Counted from the first letter of the stretch, positions 11,895 through 22,819 are shown. The stretch is DNA of 64,000 nucleotides from an uncultured Nitrososphaeraceae archaeon (GCA_963825865.1 CAWGVG010000026.1:128001-192000), one strand, 5' to 3'. The notes: generated from the sequence alone by a model not told the origin. Made by a program: numbers and translations.

Positions 11895-12383
11895 GGGGGT
11901 GTTCGATGGCAACACCGAACGATCAAGAACGTCGCCTCGCACAAGCGCGACTGGTAGTAACCGTGGGGTTCTTGAGGAATCATTCAAAACTACAAAGGTT
12001 GTGATGGACAGACGAACGTTCGACGTTGGAGAGGGAGATAACCATCAATTTCACGTGTCATGTTTTTGTACTTTTCTCATGATGTTTGAGAAAAGGCGGC
12101 GGCCAAGGGAAAAACGACGTTTACCTTTGTCACCGACGGTATCGAAAGTGCCCTTAAACAAACAAAAGCAGCCGCAGGTGACAAAAATGTCATTATGATG
12201 GGCGGCGCGAATACCGCTCAGCAGTATATAAAGGCTAGACTTGAATACAGATTCACCTCGCGCCCGTATTACTCGATGGGGGCATCGGATTGTTAGAGCA
12301 TATAGGCAATGAGCACTTTGGACGGGAAAGAACTAGGGTGATAGAGTCCCCTGGTGTAACATATCTTAGATTCGCTTCGTAAG
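11895..12383 (+). pseudogene. Dihydrofolate reductase / RibD C-terminal family remnant
   Basis: Multi-frame translation gives TFTFVTDGIESALKQ..AAAGDKNV, MGGANTAQQY, IQIHLAPVLLDGG and VIESPGVTYLRF; locally higher GC; no start. Confidence 0.75.
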
Positions 12384-12562
12384 TAAGATACATAAAAGGA
12401 AGTTGCCACCAAAGAAAAGATTGCAGACATACCATGACATGATTCGATCTGCCTCAAGGTTAACCAGAGCGTCCTCTAGGCTATTATCGTAGTGGTGGAT
12501 GTCACGCGAAAACTTGCATTATCTTAATGGACTAACAGGGGATGCAATCTATACCTATGGTA

Positions 12563-12709
12563 TGGTGCGGGAGGTGGGATTTGAACCCACGAATCCCTAA
12601 GGAACAGGGTTATAGGAGCCCTTTTTTATTTTCCTGACTCATTCTAAGCTTCGCACTCTATTTCTATAATCAGAGACCTGCGCCGTTGGCCAGGCTTGGC
12701 AACCCCCGC
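12563..12709 (-). tRNA. tRNA-Leu (anticodon read as TAG) with two introns and encoded CCA
   Basis: Reverse complement GCGGGGGTTGCCAAGCCTGGCCAACGGCGCAGG[27-nt intron]GCTTAGA[32-nt intron]ACCCTG, long variable arm, GGTTCAAATCCCACCTCCCGCACCA. Confidence 0.9.
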
Positions 12710-13330
12710 AAGTTATCATTCTGCATAATCAATAGCCAAATTTATCTTTATAAACAAACAGTCAGGAAGCCTTCAATAACATACACAATAACATAGCTGA
12801 AAGATATACGAAAGTTTTTGTCGAGCTATTTCGAAATAGAAATGGGATAGCCGGGGTATACGAACGAAGTAGAAATAATAATAATAATAATGATGCAGTA
12901 GATTTATGACTTTTCAATATTCATGATTATGTATAGAGTTATCGAAATGGAATATAATAAATACTCATTACAATGTTCATTGTTTGACAAAATGCTATTC
13001 AAATCAGACACAGTAAGAGCGCACATTTTTCCATATTGTCATTATTATTCCGCAAAGATAAGAAAGTACAGAAGAATAGACGATGGCTATAGTGCCATCA
13101 CAATAATCGCCCATGAAAGTTTTAAAAGATCTGTTTATGTATTTACAATCTATCTTCGGAATATTGGGAAGTTAAGCCTATGAATATAATGAAAGTAAAA
13201 GTTACAAACTATATTCACAGCAGTAGTAGTAGTGGCAGAATGTTGTTGTTTTCACTTGCCAACATCCAACCTTGTCTGAGGGCATGTATTTCTGCTCTTC
13301 CTATTTTTCACTCAAGATAATGTAGATAAA

Positions 13331-14725
13331 ATGCAACAAAAAGATAAGCCACGCCTATTTGGAACTAATGGTGTTAGGGGAATATTTGGAGAGGAGATTA
13401 CAATTGATCTGCTTATCAATCTTTCATACTCACTTGCAACTTACTTTAACAAAGGACCAATTATCGTAGGATATGATGGAAGAAAGTCAAGTCCAATTAT
13501 ATCAAAATTGGTTCGTTCTGTAATAAACTCTGCAGGACTAGATGTGGGAAACGCAAGACTTATCCCTACTCCTTGCCTGCAATATGCAACAAAGTATCTT
13601 GGTTACAATGGCGGGATAATGATAACTGCATCACACAATCCTCATGACTACAATGGAATTAAGCCTATTGCTCCTGACGGAGTGGAAATTTCGAGAGAAG
13701 ACGAATTAAGAGTTGAAGGCATTTATTATGCAAATAAATTTCCCAAATTTGATGGCTTTGGTCAAGATCATGTCAATGAATTCATAATCGATTCTTATGG
13801 AGATGCAGTATTGGCTCTAGTAGATGTTGAAAAAATAAGAGCGAAAGAGTTCAAAGTCGTTATGGATACAGGAAATGGTGCTCAAGCGACTGTTGCTCCG
13901 TTCTTGGCACAAAAACTTGGATGTAAGGTTATTACAATAAATGGTAATGTCGATGGCAACTTCCCAGGCCGTGGACCAGAACCAAATACGCAGAACCTCC
14001 ACCTCCTTTCTAGTATGGTAAAGGATGCAAAGGCTGATTTTGGAGTAGCTTATGATGGTGATGGCGACCGTAGCATATTCTGCGATGAAAAGGGAACAGT
14101 CCATTGGGGCGATAAGACAGGAGCATTACTTGTCAGACATTTGCTAAAAACGAGGCATAAAGGTGCAGAAGTTATTTGTCCAATAAATACAACAATGGCA
14201 GTTTCATTAGTGGCACAAGATGAAGGTTCGAAAGTAATCTATACGAAAGTTGGAAGCGTTGAAGTATCGAGGGAGATGGTATGGCGTAAATCAATCATTG
14301 GGTTAGAAGAGAATGGTGGATTCATGTATGGAAAATTAAATAAAGTCAGAGATGGTGTAATGACGACAGCCCTTGTATTGGATATGCTGGCATCACCAAC
14401 AACAACAACAACAAATAAACAACCAACATTCTCAGAGATGATCTCTTCGTTAACGAAAATATTTCAATACAAAACAAAGTTTGAATGTCCTACAAAGCAA
14501 GTGGCCGACGATATAGTTAATGTGTGCTTGAACCATGGCAGTCCTCAGATGATTGAAACTTTAGATGGCGTCAAAATTTGGATAGATGACGAAACATGGA
14601 TAATGGTAAGACGCAGTGGAACTGAGCCCTTGGTCAGAATGTATGCAGAATCTACGGACAAATCTCTGTTGAATTCAAAGGTTGAAGAGTATAGCGCATT
14701 AATTAAAAGCAGACTAGCTAGATAA
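13331..14725 (+). CDS. Phosphoglucomutase/phosphomannomutase (phosphoglucosamine mutase) family
   Basis: LFGTNGVRG, TASHNP, DGDGDR and RSGTEP motifs. Confidence 0.92.
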   Translation: MQQKDKPRLFGTNGVRGIFGEEITIDLLINLSYSLATYFNKGPIIVGYDGRKSSPIISKLVRSVINSAGLDVGNARLIPTPCLQYATKYLGYNGGIMITASHNPHDYNGIKPIAPDGVEISREDELRVEGIYYANKFPKFDGFGQDHVNEFIIDSYGDAVLALVDVEKIRAKEFKVVMDTGNGAQATVAPFLAQKLGCKVITINGNVDGNFPGRGPEPNTQNLHLLSSMVKDAKADFGVAYDGDGDRSIFCDEKGTVHWGDKTGALLVRHLLKTRHKGAEVICPINTTMAVSLVAQDEGSKVIYTKVGSVEVSREMVWRKSIIGLEENGGFMYGKLNKVRDGVMTTALVLDMLASPTTTTTNKQPTFSEMISSLTKIFQYKTKFECPTKQVADDIVNVCLNHGSPQMIETLDGVKIWIDDETWIMVRRSGTEPLVRMYAESTDKSLLNSKVEEYSALIKSRLAR

Positions 14726-14848
14726 TACATAGAGAAAAAAGAGAGAGAGAATATTCACACACAAATCTATAGACAACACTTTTAAAACGCCTGTTATTCT
14801 CTTACACAAGTATCAAGAAGATGATCCCAATGGGTGACAGGATAAACT

Positions 14849-15235
14849 ATGAGTAATAAACCATATTATGTGAAGTTTGAAACTCCTAAAGACCTTGTAA
14901 ATGCTGTTTATGAAGCCGTACGTTTAGCCAAGCAGAGTGGCAAAGTAAGGAAAGGTACTAACGAAACTACAAAAGCAATTGAGCGTGGTTCGAGTAGACT
15001 AGTTGTAATAGCTGAAGATGTAGAACCACCAGAGGTAGTAGCGCATTTGCCTATCCTTTGTGAAGAGAGAAATTCAGCATATGTGTTTGTGCCAAGCAAA
15101 CAACAGCTCGGAGTATCTCTTGGTATAGATGTAGGTTCTGCAGCTGCAACAATTCTGGATGCGGGCGAAGCTCAGCATATTGTTGATCAAGTAGTTGATT
15201 CAATTAAAAACATGAAAGGCAATAGTAAGGAGTAA
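14849..15235 (+). CDS. rpl7ae: 50S ribosomal protein L7Ae
   Basis: [13 protein letters not shown] and [13 protein letters not shown]. Confidence 0.97.
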   Translation: MSNKPYYVKFETPKDLVNAVYEAVRLAKQSGKVRKGTNETTKAIERGSSRLVVIAEDVEPPEVVAHLPILCEERNSAYVFVPSKQQLGVSLGIDVGSAAATILDAGEAQHIVDQVVDSIKNMKGNSKE

Positions 15236-15243
15236 CATTAGAG

Positions 15244-15462
15244 ATGAGTAAGGCATCTGCTGAAGAGAAGGTTATTCCTGCAGAGGTTATCCAGATTGTA
15301 GGTAGAACAGGAATAGCAGGAGAGGTTATTCAGGTTAGAGTTAAAGTCTTGGAAGGAAAAGACAAAGGTCGTATTTTAACTAGAAACGTCAAGGGTTCAA
15401 TTAGGTTGAATGATATATTGATGCTTAGAGAAACGGAACGCGAAGCTCGCAAGATAAAGTAA
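15244..15462 (+). CDS. rps28e: 30S ribosomal protein S28e
   Basis: [15 protein letters not shown]...RNVKG...ETEREAR. Confidence 0.97.
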   Translation: MSKASAEEKVIPAEVIQIVGRTGIAGEVIQVRVKVLEGKDKGRILTRNVKGSIRLNDILMLRETEREARKIK

Positions 15463-15495
15463 TCCAACTATGAACAATGGAGATAATTGTAATAT

Positions 15496-15708
15496 ATGAG
15501 TAAAACAGCAACATCTCTACGTAACTGCTCGTTTTGCGGAAGGCATGTTGCCACAGGCCAAGGAATAATGCTTGTCAAAAATGATGGCTCGATTCAATGG
15601 ACTTGTTCTTCTAAATGCAAGAAGAATTTGCGCAAGTTGAAACGAGATCCAAGAAAATTAAAATGGACTAGTAAGTACGTAAAAGGCGGCATCAAGGTAA
15701 AGAAATAA
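15496..15708 (+). CDS. rpl24e: 50S ribosomal protein L24e
   Basis: CSFCG...CSSKCKKN...PRKLKWT. Confidence 0.96.
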   Translation: MSKTATSLRNCSFCGRHVATGQGIMLVKNDGSIQWTCSSKCKKNLRKLKRDPRKLKWTSKYVKGGIKVKK

Positions 15709-15743
15709 CAAACAACAGGAACATATTATTATTATGATTATAA

Positions 15744-16148
15744 ATGGCTACTGAACAAACTCTTATTGTTATAAAGCCTGATGGCTTCAAACGTCAATTG
15801 ACTGGAAAAATACTGGATAGATTCGAGGAGAGAGGATTTCGAATTAAAGATTTAAAGTCATATAATTTTACGAAGGAAAAGGCTGAAGATTTCTATTCGG
15901 TACATAAAGAAAAAACATTTTTTAATGAATTGGTATCATTCATTTCATCTGGTACTGTAGTATTATGTATTCTTGAAGGTGAGAAAGCAATTAATACGGT
16001 ACGAATTATGATAGGGTCGACAAAGTCATTTGAAGCAGCACCAGGGACCATAAGAGGCGACTTTGGACTTGGGTTTACAGATAATATTATTCACGCCTCA
16101 GATTCATATGAAAGCTTCATAAAAGAGTCTCGAGTCATTTCTAGTTAG
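15744..16148 (+). CDS. ndk: Nucleoside diphosphate kinase
   Basis: IKPDG, PGTIRGDF and NIIHASDS. Confidence 0.96.
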   Translation: MATEQTLIVIKPDGFKRQLTGKILDRFEERGFRIKDLKSYNFTKEKAEDFYSVHKEKTFFNELVSFISSGTVVLCILEGEKAINTVRIMIGSTKSFEAAPGTIRGDFGLGFTDNIIHASDSYESFIKESRVISS

Positions 16149-16154
16149 TTACAA

Positions 16155-17962
16155 GTGAAGCTCCGCCAACCAGTCGTAGTAGTTTTGGGTCATGTAGACT
16201 CTGGAAAAACTTCTTTATTGGATAGAATACGGGGCACTGCTGTCCAAGCACGTGAAGCTGGAGGAATCACACAACATATTGGAGCAAGCTTTTTTCCAAT
16301 TGAAACGATTAAGGACATTACCGGGACGCTTTATCAGAAACTTTCTAGATCTGAAACTCAAATACCTGGTTTGCTTGTTATTGATACTCCTGGTCATGAA
16401 GTCTTTGCCAATCTAAGAATACGAGGGGGCTCAGCAGCAGATATTGCAATTCTAGTTGTGGATGCAAATAAGGGGTTTGAGGCTCAGACAGTTGAAAGCA
16501 TAGAGATTCTAAGGAAAAGAAAGGTACCATTTGTTATTGCGCTAAACAAAGTAGACATGATTAGCGGCTGGCGAAAAAAAATCAATAACAACAATAACAA
16601 CATGCGTTTTATTAGTGCTCAACTTGCGACACAAGATATCAGTATCCAGGAAATACTGGACGAAAAAATCTACAATGTGGTGGGTTCTCTTTCAAGATCA
16701 GGTTATAATTCTGAAGCATATTGGCGCGTCAAAGATTTTACCAAAGAAGTAGCAATTGTGCCTGTGAGTGCTGCTACAGGAGTGGGAATTCCTGAATTGC
16801 TCGCGGTACTTGTTGGGCTGGCACAGCAATATTTGATAAAGAAATTAGAGACGGCATAATGGGTTTACAAGAGGAATTGTACTTGAAATCAACGAAGAAG
16901 TAGGTCTAGGGCCATCTGCCAACATTATACTTTTGGATGGAGTCTTAAAACACGGCGACAACATAGTAGTAGCAAAAAGAGACTCTGCCATTGTTACCAA
17001 AATTAAGGCATTGTTACTTCCAAAGCCCCTTGATGAGATGAGAGATCCAAGAGACAAATTCAAGCCAGTGAGTGAAGTAATAGCGAGCAGCAGGTCTAAA
17101 GATAACATCACCTGACTTGACTGGCGTTCTGGCAGGCAGCCCTTTATATGTGGTAGAAAATAAAGAAGATGAAGATAGGTTAAAACCACTAGTAGAGTCT
17201 GAAATTAAGAGTGCAATTATAAATAATACCGATTCAAATGGAGTTATTCTAAGGTGTGATACTATAGGCTCAATTGAAGCAATCATGGACCTTTTGAAAA
17301 AATCAAATATTCCAGTACAGAGTGCAGATATTGGGCAGATTACAAGGAGAGATGTAATAGCAGCTTCTGCAGTCAAGGAAAAGGACAGATATTTGGGAGT
17401 CATATTAGGTTTTAATGCAAAGGTTTTGGATGATGCACAGAAAGAATCACAAGAACGTGGAGTAATGATTTTCAATGAGCAAATAATTTATAATCTTGTC
17501 CGAACTTACACAGATTGGGTCACATATCAGAGGGAACATGAAGAATCAATTCTATTCAATGAAATACCTCCTGTCTGTAAATTTCAGTTTATGAAAGGGT
17601 TTATCTTCAGACGTAATGATCCTGCAGTATTTGGAGCAGAAATTCTAGTTGGAAAACTTCGACAAAAAGTTCTCGTTATGAACGAAGAGGGTAGAAAGAT
17701 TGGTGTTATACACCAAGTTCAGGAAAATGGTAAAGCAATACAAGAAGCCAGTAAAGGAATGCAAGTTGCAGTATCTATCAAAGAGCCCGTTGTCGGAAGA
17801 CAAATCAGCGAAGGGGATATTTTCTATACTGATGTGAACAGTAAACAGGCAAAAATGTTATTAGAAAGATTCAATCATCGGTTAAACGAAGAGGAAAAAG
17901 AAGTTTTCAACAAAATCCTTTTTCTGAAAAGAAAATCCGATTCCGCATACGGATATTTTTAA
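16155..17962 (+). CDS. infB: Translation initiation factor aIF5B/IF-2 (two apparent frameshifts)
   Basis: GHVDSGKT, GGITQHIGA, DTPGH and NKVD; C-terminal domains in 16933.. and 17117..17962; conserved synteny after ndk. Confidence 0.95.
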
Positions 17963-18037
17963 TATTAGCTATACTTCGATACATTATTTTTATTCTTAAA
18001 TAATAATAATCTACATTTGCAATGGTATTTATGTTTA

Positions 18038-18403
18038 TTATTGGTACTTTTGTACTAGTCCTTCTAGACCTTTCTCTCCAACTGCTCCGACAGCTCTATC
18101 AATAGCCTTGCCATTCATGAAGATAATAAAGGTCGGAATGGCATACACATCAAACCTCATTGCCACTCCTTGATTATCGTCCACATTGATTCTACCAAAT
18201 GTTATTTTATCACCGTATTTTTTGGCCAACTTATCAAAGATTGGGAGCATAAACTGACATGGCCCACACCATGTTGCCCAAAAGTCAACTAAAACAGGCC
18301 TGTTTCCGCCTACCGTTTCGTCGAAGTTTTTGTCAGAAAGCTCTATTAATGCTGAGTTGCTGCTACTGACATGTGTGCTAGAAGCTTTTATATCATCACT
18401 CAT
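18038..18403 (-). CDS. trxA: Thioredoxin
   Basis: DFWATWCGPC. Confidence 0.93.
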   Translation of the reverse strand: MSDDIKASSTHVSSSNSALIELSDKNFDETVGGNRPVLVDFWATWCGPCQFMLPIFDKLAKKYGDKITFGRINVDDNQGVAMRFDVYAIPTFIIFMNGKAIDRAVGAVGEKGLEGLVQKYQ

Positions 18404-18571
18404 GTTTCCTAAGGGTTAAAGGATGGATTTGCTATTTAAGATTTTTTAATTTCTCTTTCTAAATGGTATAGTCATAGAAAATATGTGTATGCGGGAAGAC
18501 AGATCTGATTACTATAATGTATATAGATTATTTACTGCAATACGTGGTAAATTAATTATTAATTAATTGAT

Positions 18572-19036
18572 TTAAAGGTCTAACAAAAATCTAGTAATGA
18601 CTTTATTTCTTTCTTGTATGATTTCCATTTCGTGATAAGTTACTGCTTTAATCTCTACTTTGTAATGGTGTTTTTTGAGATTGAGATACTCTCCCTTAGC
18701 AATTCCTGAAAGAAAATAACTATTGTCGTTGTTATTATTATTCTGATATATTTTGACTTTGAAAACTGAAATTAGGATATTCTCAACCAAAAGCGTTAGC
18801 AGAACTTTCTCTAACCAATCGTAAAGTAGACTTTTAAGGTCGTATCCCTTTGCTTGTATATTGATTTCTTGATTAGGCGAAACTCGCTCTATGTCAAACA
18901 TTGTGTTAACAAGGCCACAAGCTGAATTTTCAAAAGCCTCATCTAATGTGCAACCATATGCCTCTATAACAGCATCTGTCAGATGATCAAGGTATCGGAA
19001 TCGTCGATGAACTGATGACATATTTGTATGATTCAA
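18572..19036 (-). CDS. Archease
   Basis: YLDHLTD and EIKAVTYH motifs. Confidence 0.92.
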   Translation of the reverse strand: MNHTNMSSVHRRFRYLDHLTDAVIEAYGCTLDEAFENSACGLVNTMFDIERVSPNQEINIQAKGYDLKSLLYDWLEKVLLTLLVENILISVFKVKIYQNNNNNDNSYFLSGIAKGEYLNLKKHHYKVEIKAVTYHEMEIIQERNKVITRFLLDL

Positions 19037-19108
19037 AACTAACTAATTCAGTTTATTATATAATTGATCGTAAAATCTAAATGTCAACATCTACTGATTT
19101 CAAATGAA

Positions 19109-20416
19109 ATGATGAAATTAGAACTTCCTCGTGGAATGAGAGACCTTGCACCAGAAGAGTTCTATAACATTAATTATATTGAAGAAAAATTCCTTGAAAC
19201 GACATCCTTGTTTAACTTCAAATTTATGGAGCCGTCACCACTTGAGACTGCTCTGCTACTCTGGAGACAAAGAGTGGTGCATCTATTTCAAATGAAATAT
19301 ATAGTTTTATCGATAGGGGCTCCAGGAGCGTTGCATTAAGATTTGATCTTACAATTGGTTTAACAAGATTTGTAGGCAGCAAGAAGGGATTTGAAGATGC
19401 CAGTCAAAGTTGGAGCGTTCGCTGGTGTTTGGAGATATGACGAACCGCAGGCTGGACGATATCGATATTTTCATCAATGGGACGTAGAAGTTTATGGTTC
19501 ATTTAGTCAAGAGTCTGATGCTGAGGTAATTGAATTTATTTCGGTATTTTTCAAAAAGCTTGGGCTAGATGTAATCATTGAAATAAACGACAGACAACTA
19601 ATGGAAGAATATGTAAGGAACAGACTTGGTGTTTCAGATGAGCAAATGATCCTAGAAATGTTCAGAGCGGTCGACAAGGTCCAAAAAAAAGGTGCAAAAG
19701 GAGTTTATGAGGAATATAAGGATAAAATTGGGTCTTCAAAGCTACAAGCTCTAATAGATATATCGATGGTTAAGGGGAATATCGATGAAGTATTTAATTC
19801 AAAAAGAGATCTAATAGAGCTTGCAAATTGGAGTAAACTTGCAGGATTAATGGATTCATTAAAATCAAGAGGAGTCTATAATGCTCGAGTTAACCTTGGC
19901 ATTGTACGTGGACTGGACTATTATTCTGGAGTCGTGTTTGAGGCATTTGATCCCTCTTTACTTGATTCAGGTGCTCTGGTAGGTGGTGGCAGATACGATA
20001 GGTTAACTGATGCTTTTGGAAGAAAAGATATTGGCGCAACAGGTGCTGCTGGAGGAGTTGAAAGGATAGTGGGAGCCTTGCAAACCCATGGAATTTTAAA
20101 ATCAACGCCAAAGCCTATAATTTACGTTGCATATACATCGACTAATGCAAGTAAGGAGGCTATAGTAATAGCCTCTAATTTACGCAAGAGCGGAGTTATT
20201 ACTGACTATGACCTTCAAGGTAGGTCACTGGGAAAGCAACTACAAGATGCAAGCACAAAGGGTGCGCTATTAACAGTGATAGTGGCACCAGATGAAATTA
20301 AAAACGGACAGGTAACGCTTCGGTCAATGAAGGATGGTATTGAAAGTAAACAGAATGTAGAGGATCTAGCACGAGATCTGAACAGGATGATACCACCGCT
20401 GCTGCGACGTGATTAG
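19109..20416 (+). CDS. hisS: Histidine--tRNA ligase (frameshifts in 5' part)
   Basis: LPRGMRD, RYDEPQAGRYRYFHQ, VRGLDYY and GGGRYD. Confidence 0.95.
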
Positions 20417-21167
20417 ATAGAGAACCTGTTACCATAACACGAGCACTTTTCGTTTTTATAATCGCATTTCATCTTTTTTTATCATAAACATAAATTTCTA
20501 ATTACAACTTCTGGAGGGTGCGAAGCTCCCAAATCAACGATACTCATTTTTGCCTTCAATTTGAAACGGATTGCACTCCATAGATATGTTTGAGAGTGCG
20601 AACTGGCGCTCGATGAAGACCTGTTATATATATATCAAATCCACCTTTTGAACTAAAGAAGAAGAGTTGATTGAATTCATTTCTTTATTTTATCTAAATG
20701 CTGCATATAGTCATTATCAAAGGAAATCTTGTAGGTCATCTTACTCTATATTGAGATCATATTATTTCATTTATGAATCATGCATCATGGTTAAATCTCT
20801 ATAAATGATACAGTTTGAAACAATTTCTAAAAAAAAGAGCATTTTCTAACTCAAAAAGATATAAGGTTACATATATGATTTGTAAATATTATGAATTACT
20901 ATAAGTAAAAAATACAAAGAACAGATTGTGATAAATTCATTGCAGAAGATGGGGCTTCCTCAAATAGAGGAATTGAAGCATATTTTGTATTAGATGGAAG
21001 AAATGTGCGGTAGCGTTTTGTCAATATAATTAGAAGATGTTTATCACAAATTTGCTATGGGAGCTGCAATAACCTATTATTGCTTATGACGTCGTCAATT
21101 ATATTCAATCTTATTTATTAATTGGTTTGACAGAAAGACATAAACTCTGCAATGCATCTGTATTTAC

Positions 21168-21402
21168 TATCCGATTGGCCGAAAGAGAAGAACGATCCAC
21201 CAATTTGCGCAAGGCTGCAAGTTTAGGCTTGTAGTCTCTTCAGAAATGGTGTTTATCGTGATATGCCGTAGGTTAACTACAGCTTCACCTGTAGGGAGTA
21301 CATGCATATATAAAGCGATAAGGGAAAACCACATGGCTGCCTCGTAGCCTATTGAAGTAGCTGTGCAAGGGAAGCCACATGTCTTCGAGAGCTGGTCGGA
21401 TA
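21168..21402 (+). ncRNA. Putative large structured ncRNA, copy 2 (unknown family)
   Basis: 12-bp terminal stem (21168-21179/21391-21402); same motif order and helices as 44-285 with compensatory changes. Confidence 0.75.
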
Positions 21403-21599
21403 TTATGATTAATACTGTTCTTAAACTGAATAGGAAATAAAGGCTGACGATATATTCGAATTACTCCAGGAAAGAGACATTATCCAAAAAAAACCTTAAG
21501 TTATGTACGCATTTAATTACAAAAGTACCCGAAAATTGAGGTGCCCATTGCTATTGTAATTCACATAGACTATACGATTAATATTGCGATCTCGTGAAA

Positions 21600-21780
21600 A
21601 CATGGGACATGGTATTGATGTGCTAGAAGTCGCGACTGGTCTCAAAGTCGCATTAATAAATAGTGGACTTACTATCGAATCCCATACTTAATTTTGGACC
21701 TGTAGAAATTGCCTCGATAGTTGGAATAGATGTCTATGTAGCAAAAATTATCTCTTATGTAAAGTTTAAATTGGCATAAA
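21600..21780 (+). pseudogene. Remnant of small helix-hairpin-helix-like hypothetical protein
   Basis: Broken frame IDVLEVATGLKVALINSGLTIES...EIASIVGIDVYVAKII. Confidence 0.4.
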
Positions 21781-22018
21781 AAATTCACGAGGCAGTACAT
21801 CATACCACCATTACACCAGAAATACAGATTAACTATTATCATGAAGAATGCAAATTAAATGCAAATCTGTCTTTTTGCAAATAAGACGACTTTACACTCA
21901 AGTTTTTTGTTGATAAACAAGGCTTTCTTTTGCTGTAAGCCTTTGAATGATACAATCTAACAGCAACCTTTTGGAGGTGTTATTTAGCTTACTTATACTT
22001 TTTCTCTTATTTTTCAGT

Positions 22019-22810
22019 TTAAATCTTCATCCTTACCATTGATCTTGTTGCAATTAAAAATACTGCGGCGGCAAGAAAACTTATAATAAGTACCTCAATA
22101 TTAGTAAATGCATTTATCTGTGAAAATATTCCAGCCCTGCTGATGTCCACTATATATGTCAATGGATTAATATAAAATGCAACATATAAGGGCCCTGGTA
22201 GTCCTTGTGCAGGATAAAAAGATGAGCTAACAAAAGCAAAAAATAGGAAAAGACCGTTACTAATAACATTGTACCCTTCACTACTTTTGATCTTCGTTGA
22301 TAAAATTATTGTAAAAGAACCAAAGAATATTGAGCCTACTACTAGTGCGTATACAGTGTAAGGTATGCTCCACAAGGTAATGTTCACATTTCCGAACATA
22401 GTTGGGAAACCAATTATAATAATGACTGCCGCGCTGGCCAATCCGATTAGGATGATTGTTATAAGATTGCCAATAATATACTGAACCTTACTAAATGGCA
22501 TAACAAGTAACTGTTGAAACATGCCATTTCTCTTGTCATTCCAAATAATACTACCAGCTACACTACTGCCATTCATCACATTAAACCCAATCATACCAGC
22601 AGTTAAAAATGAAGTATATGTAACGGATAAAGCACCCATCTTAATATCTTGGTTTCCCATCATTGCAGAATAAGCGTACCCGGCTACAAATATGTAAACG
22701 ACAGGAAAAGCTACCTGCCAAATCAAGAATACCCTGTCAATCGCAGCAACAATGTTTCTGTATACTAATAATAGTATACTGTCTATCAACTTTAGCCAAT
22801 CATTCACCAT
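22019..22810 (-). CDS. ABC-2 type exporter permease
   Basis: About six TM segments; SSSFYP and INPLTY motifs. Confidence 0.9.
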   Translation of the reverse strand: MVNDWLKLIDSILLLVYRNIVAAIDRVFLIWQVAFPVVYIFVAGYAYSAMMGNQDIKMGALSVTYTSFLTAGMIGFNVMNGSSVAGSIIWNDKRNGMFQQLLVMPFSKVQYIIGNLITIILIGLASAAVIIIIGFPTMFGNVNITLWSIPYTVYALVVGSIFFGSFTIILSTKIKSSEGYNVISNGLFLFFAFVSSSFYPAQGLPGPLYVAFYINPLTYIVDISRAGIFSQINAFTNIEVLIISFLAAAVFLIATRSMVRMKI

Positions 22811-22819
22811 GTTTCTTGC

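Noticed and set aside
12923-13183. Short ORF between the tRNA and the phosphomutase
   Set aside because: No recognisable motif; likely spurious, as are the many antisense ORFs overlapping real genes.
16155-20416. Pseudogenisation or programmed frameshifting in infB and hisS
   Set aside because: These are essential genes and single-base indels occur throughout the window, which is best explained by long-read consensus errors.
20455-20810. Possible decayed minus-strand hypothetical gene after hisS
   Set aside because: Only short protein-like stretches in broken frames; no family recognised.
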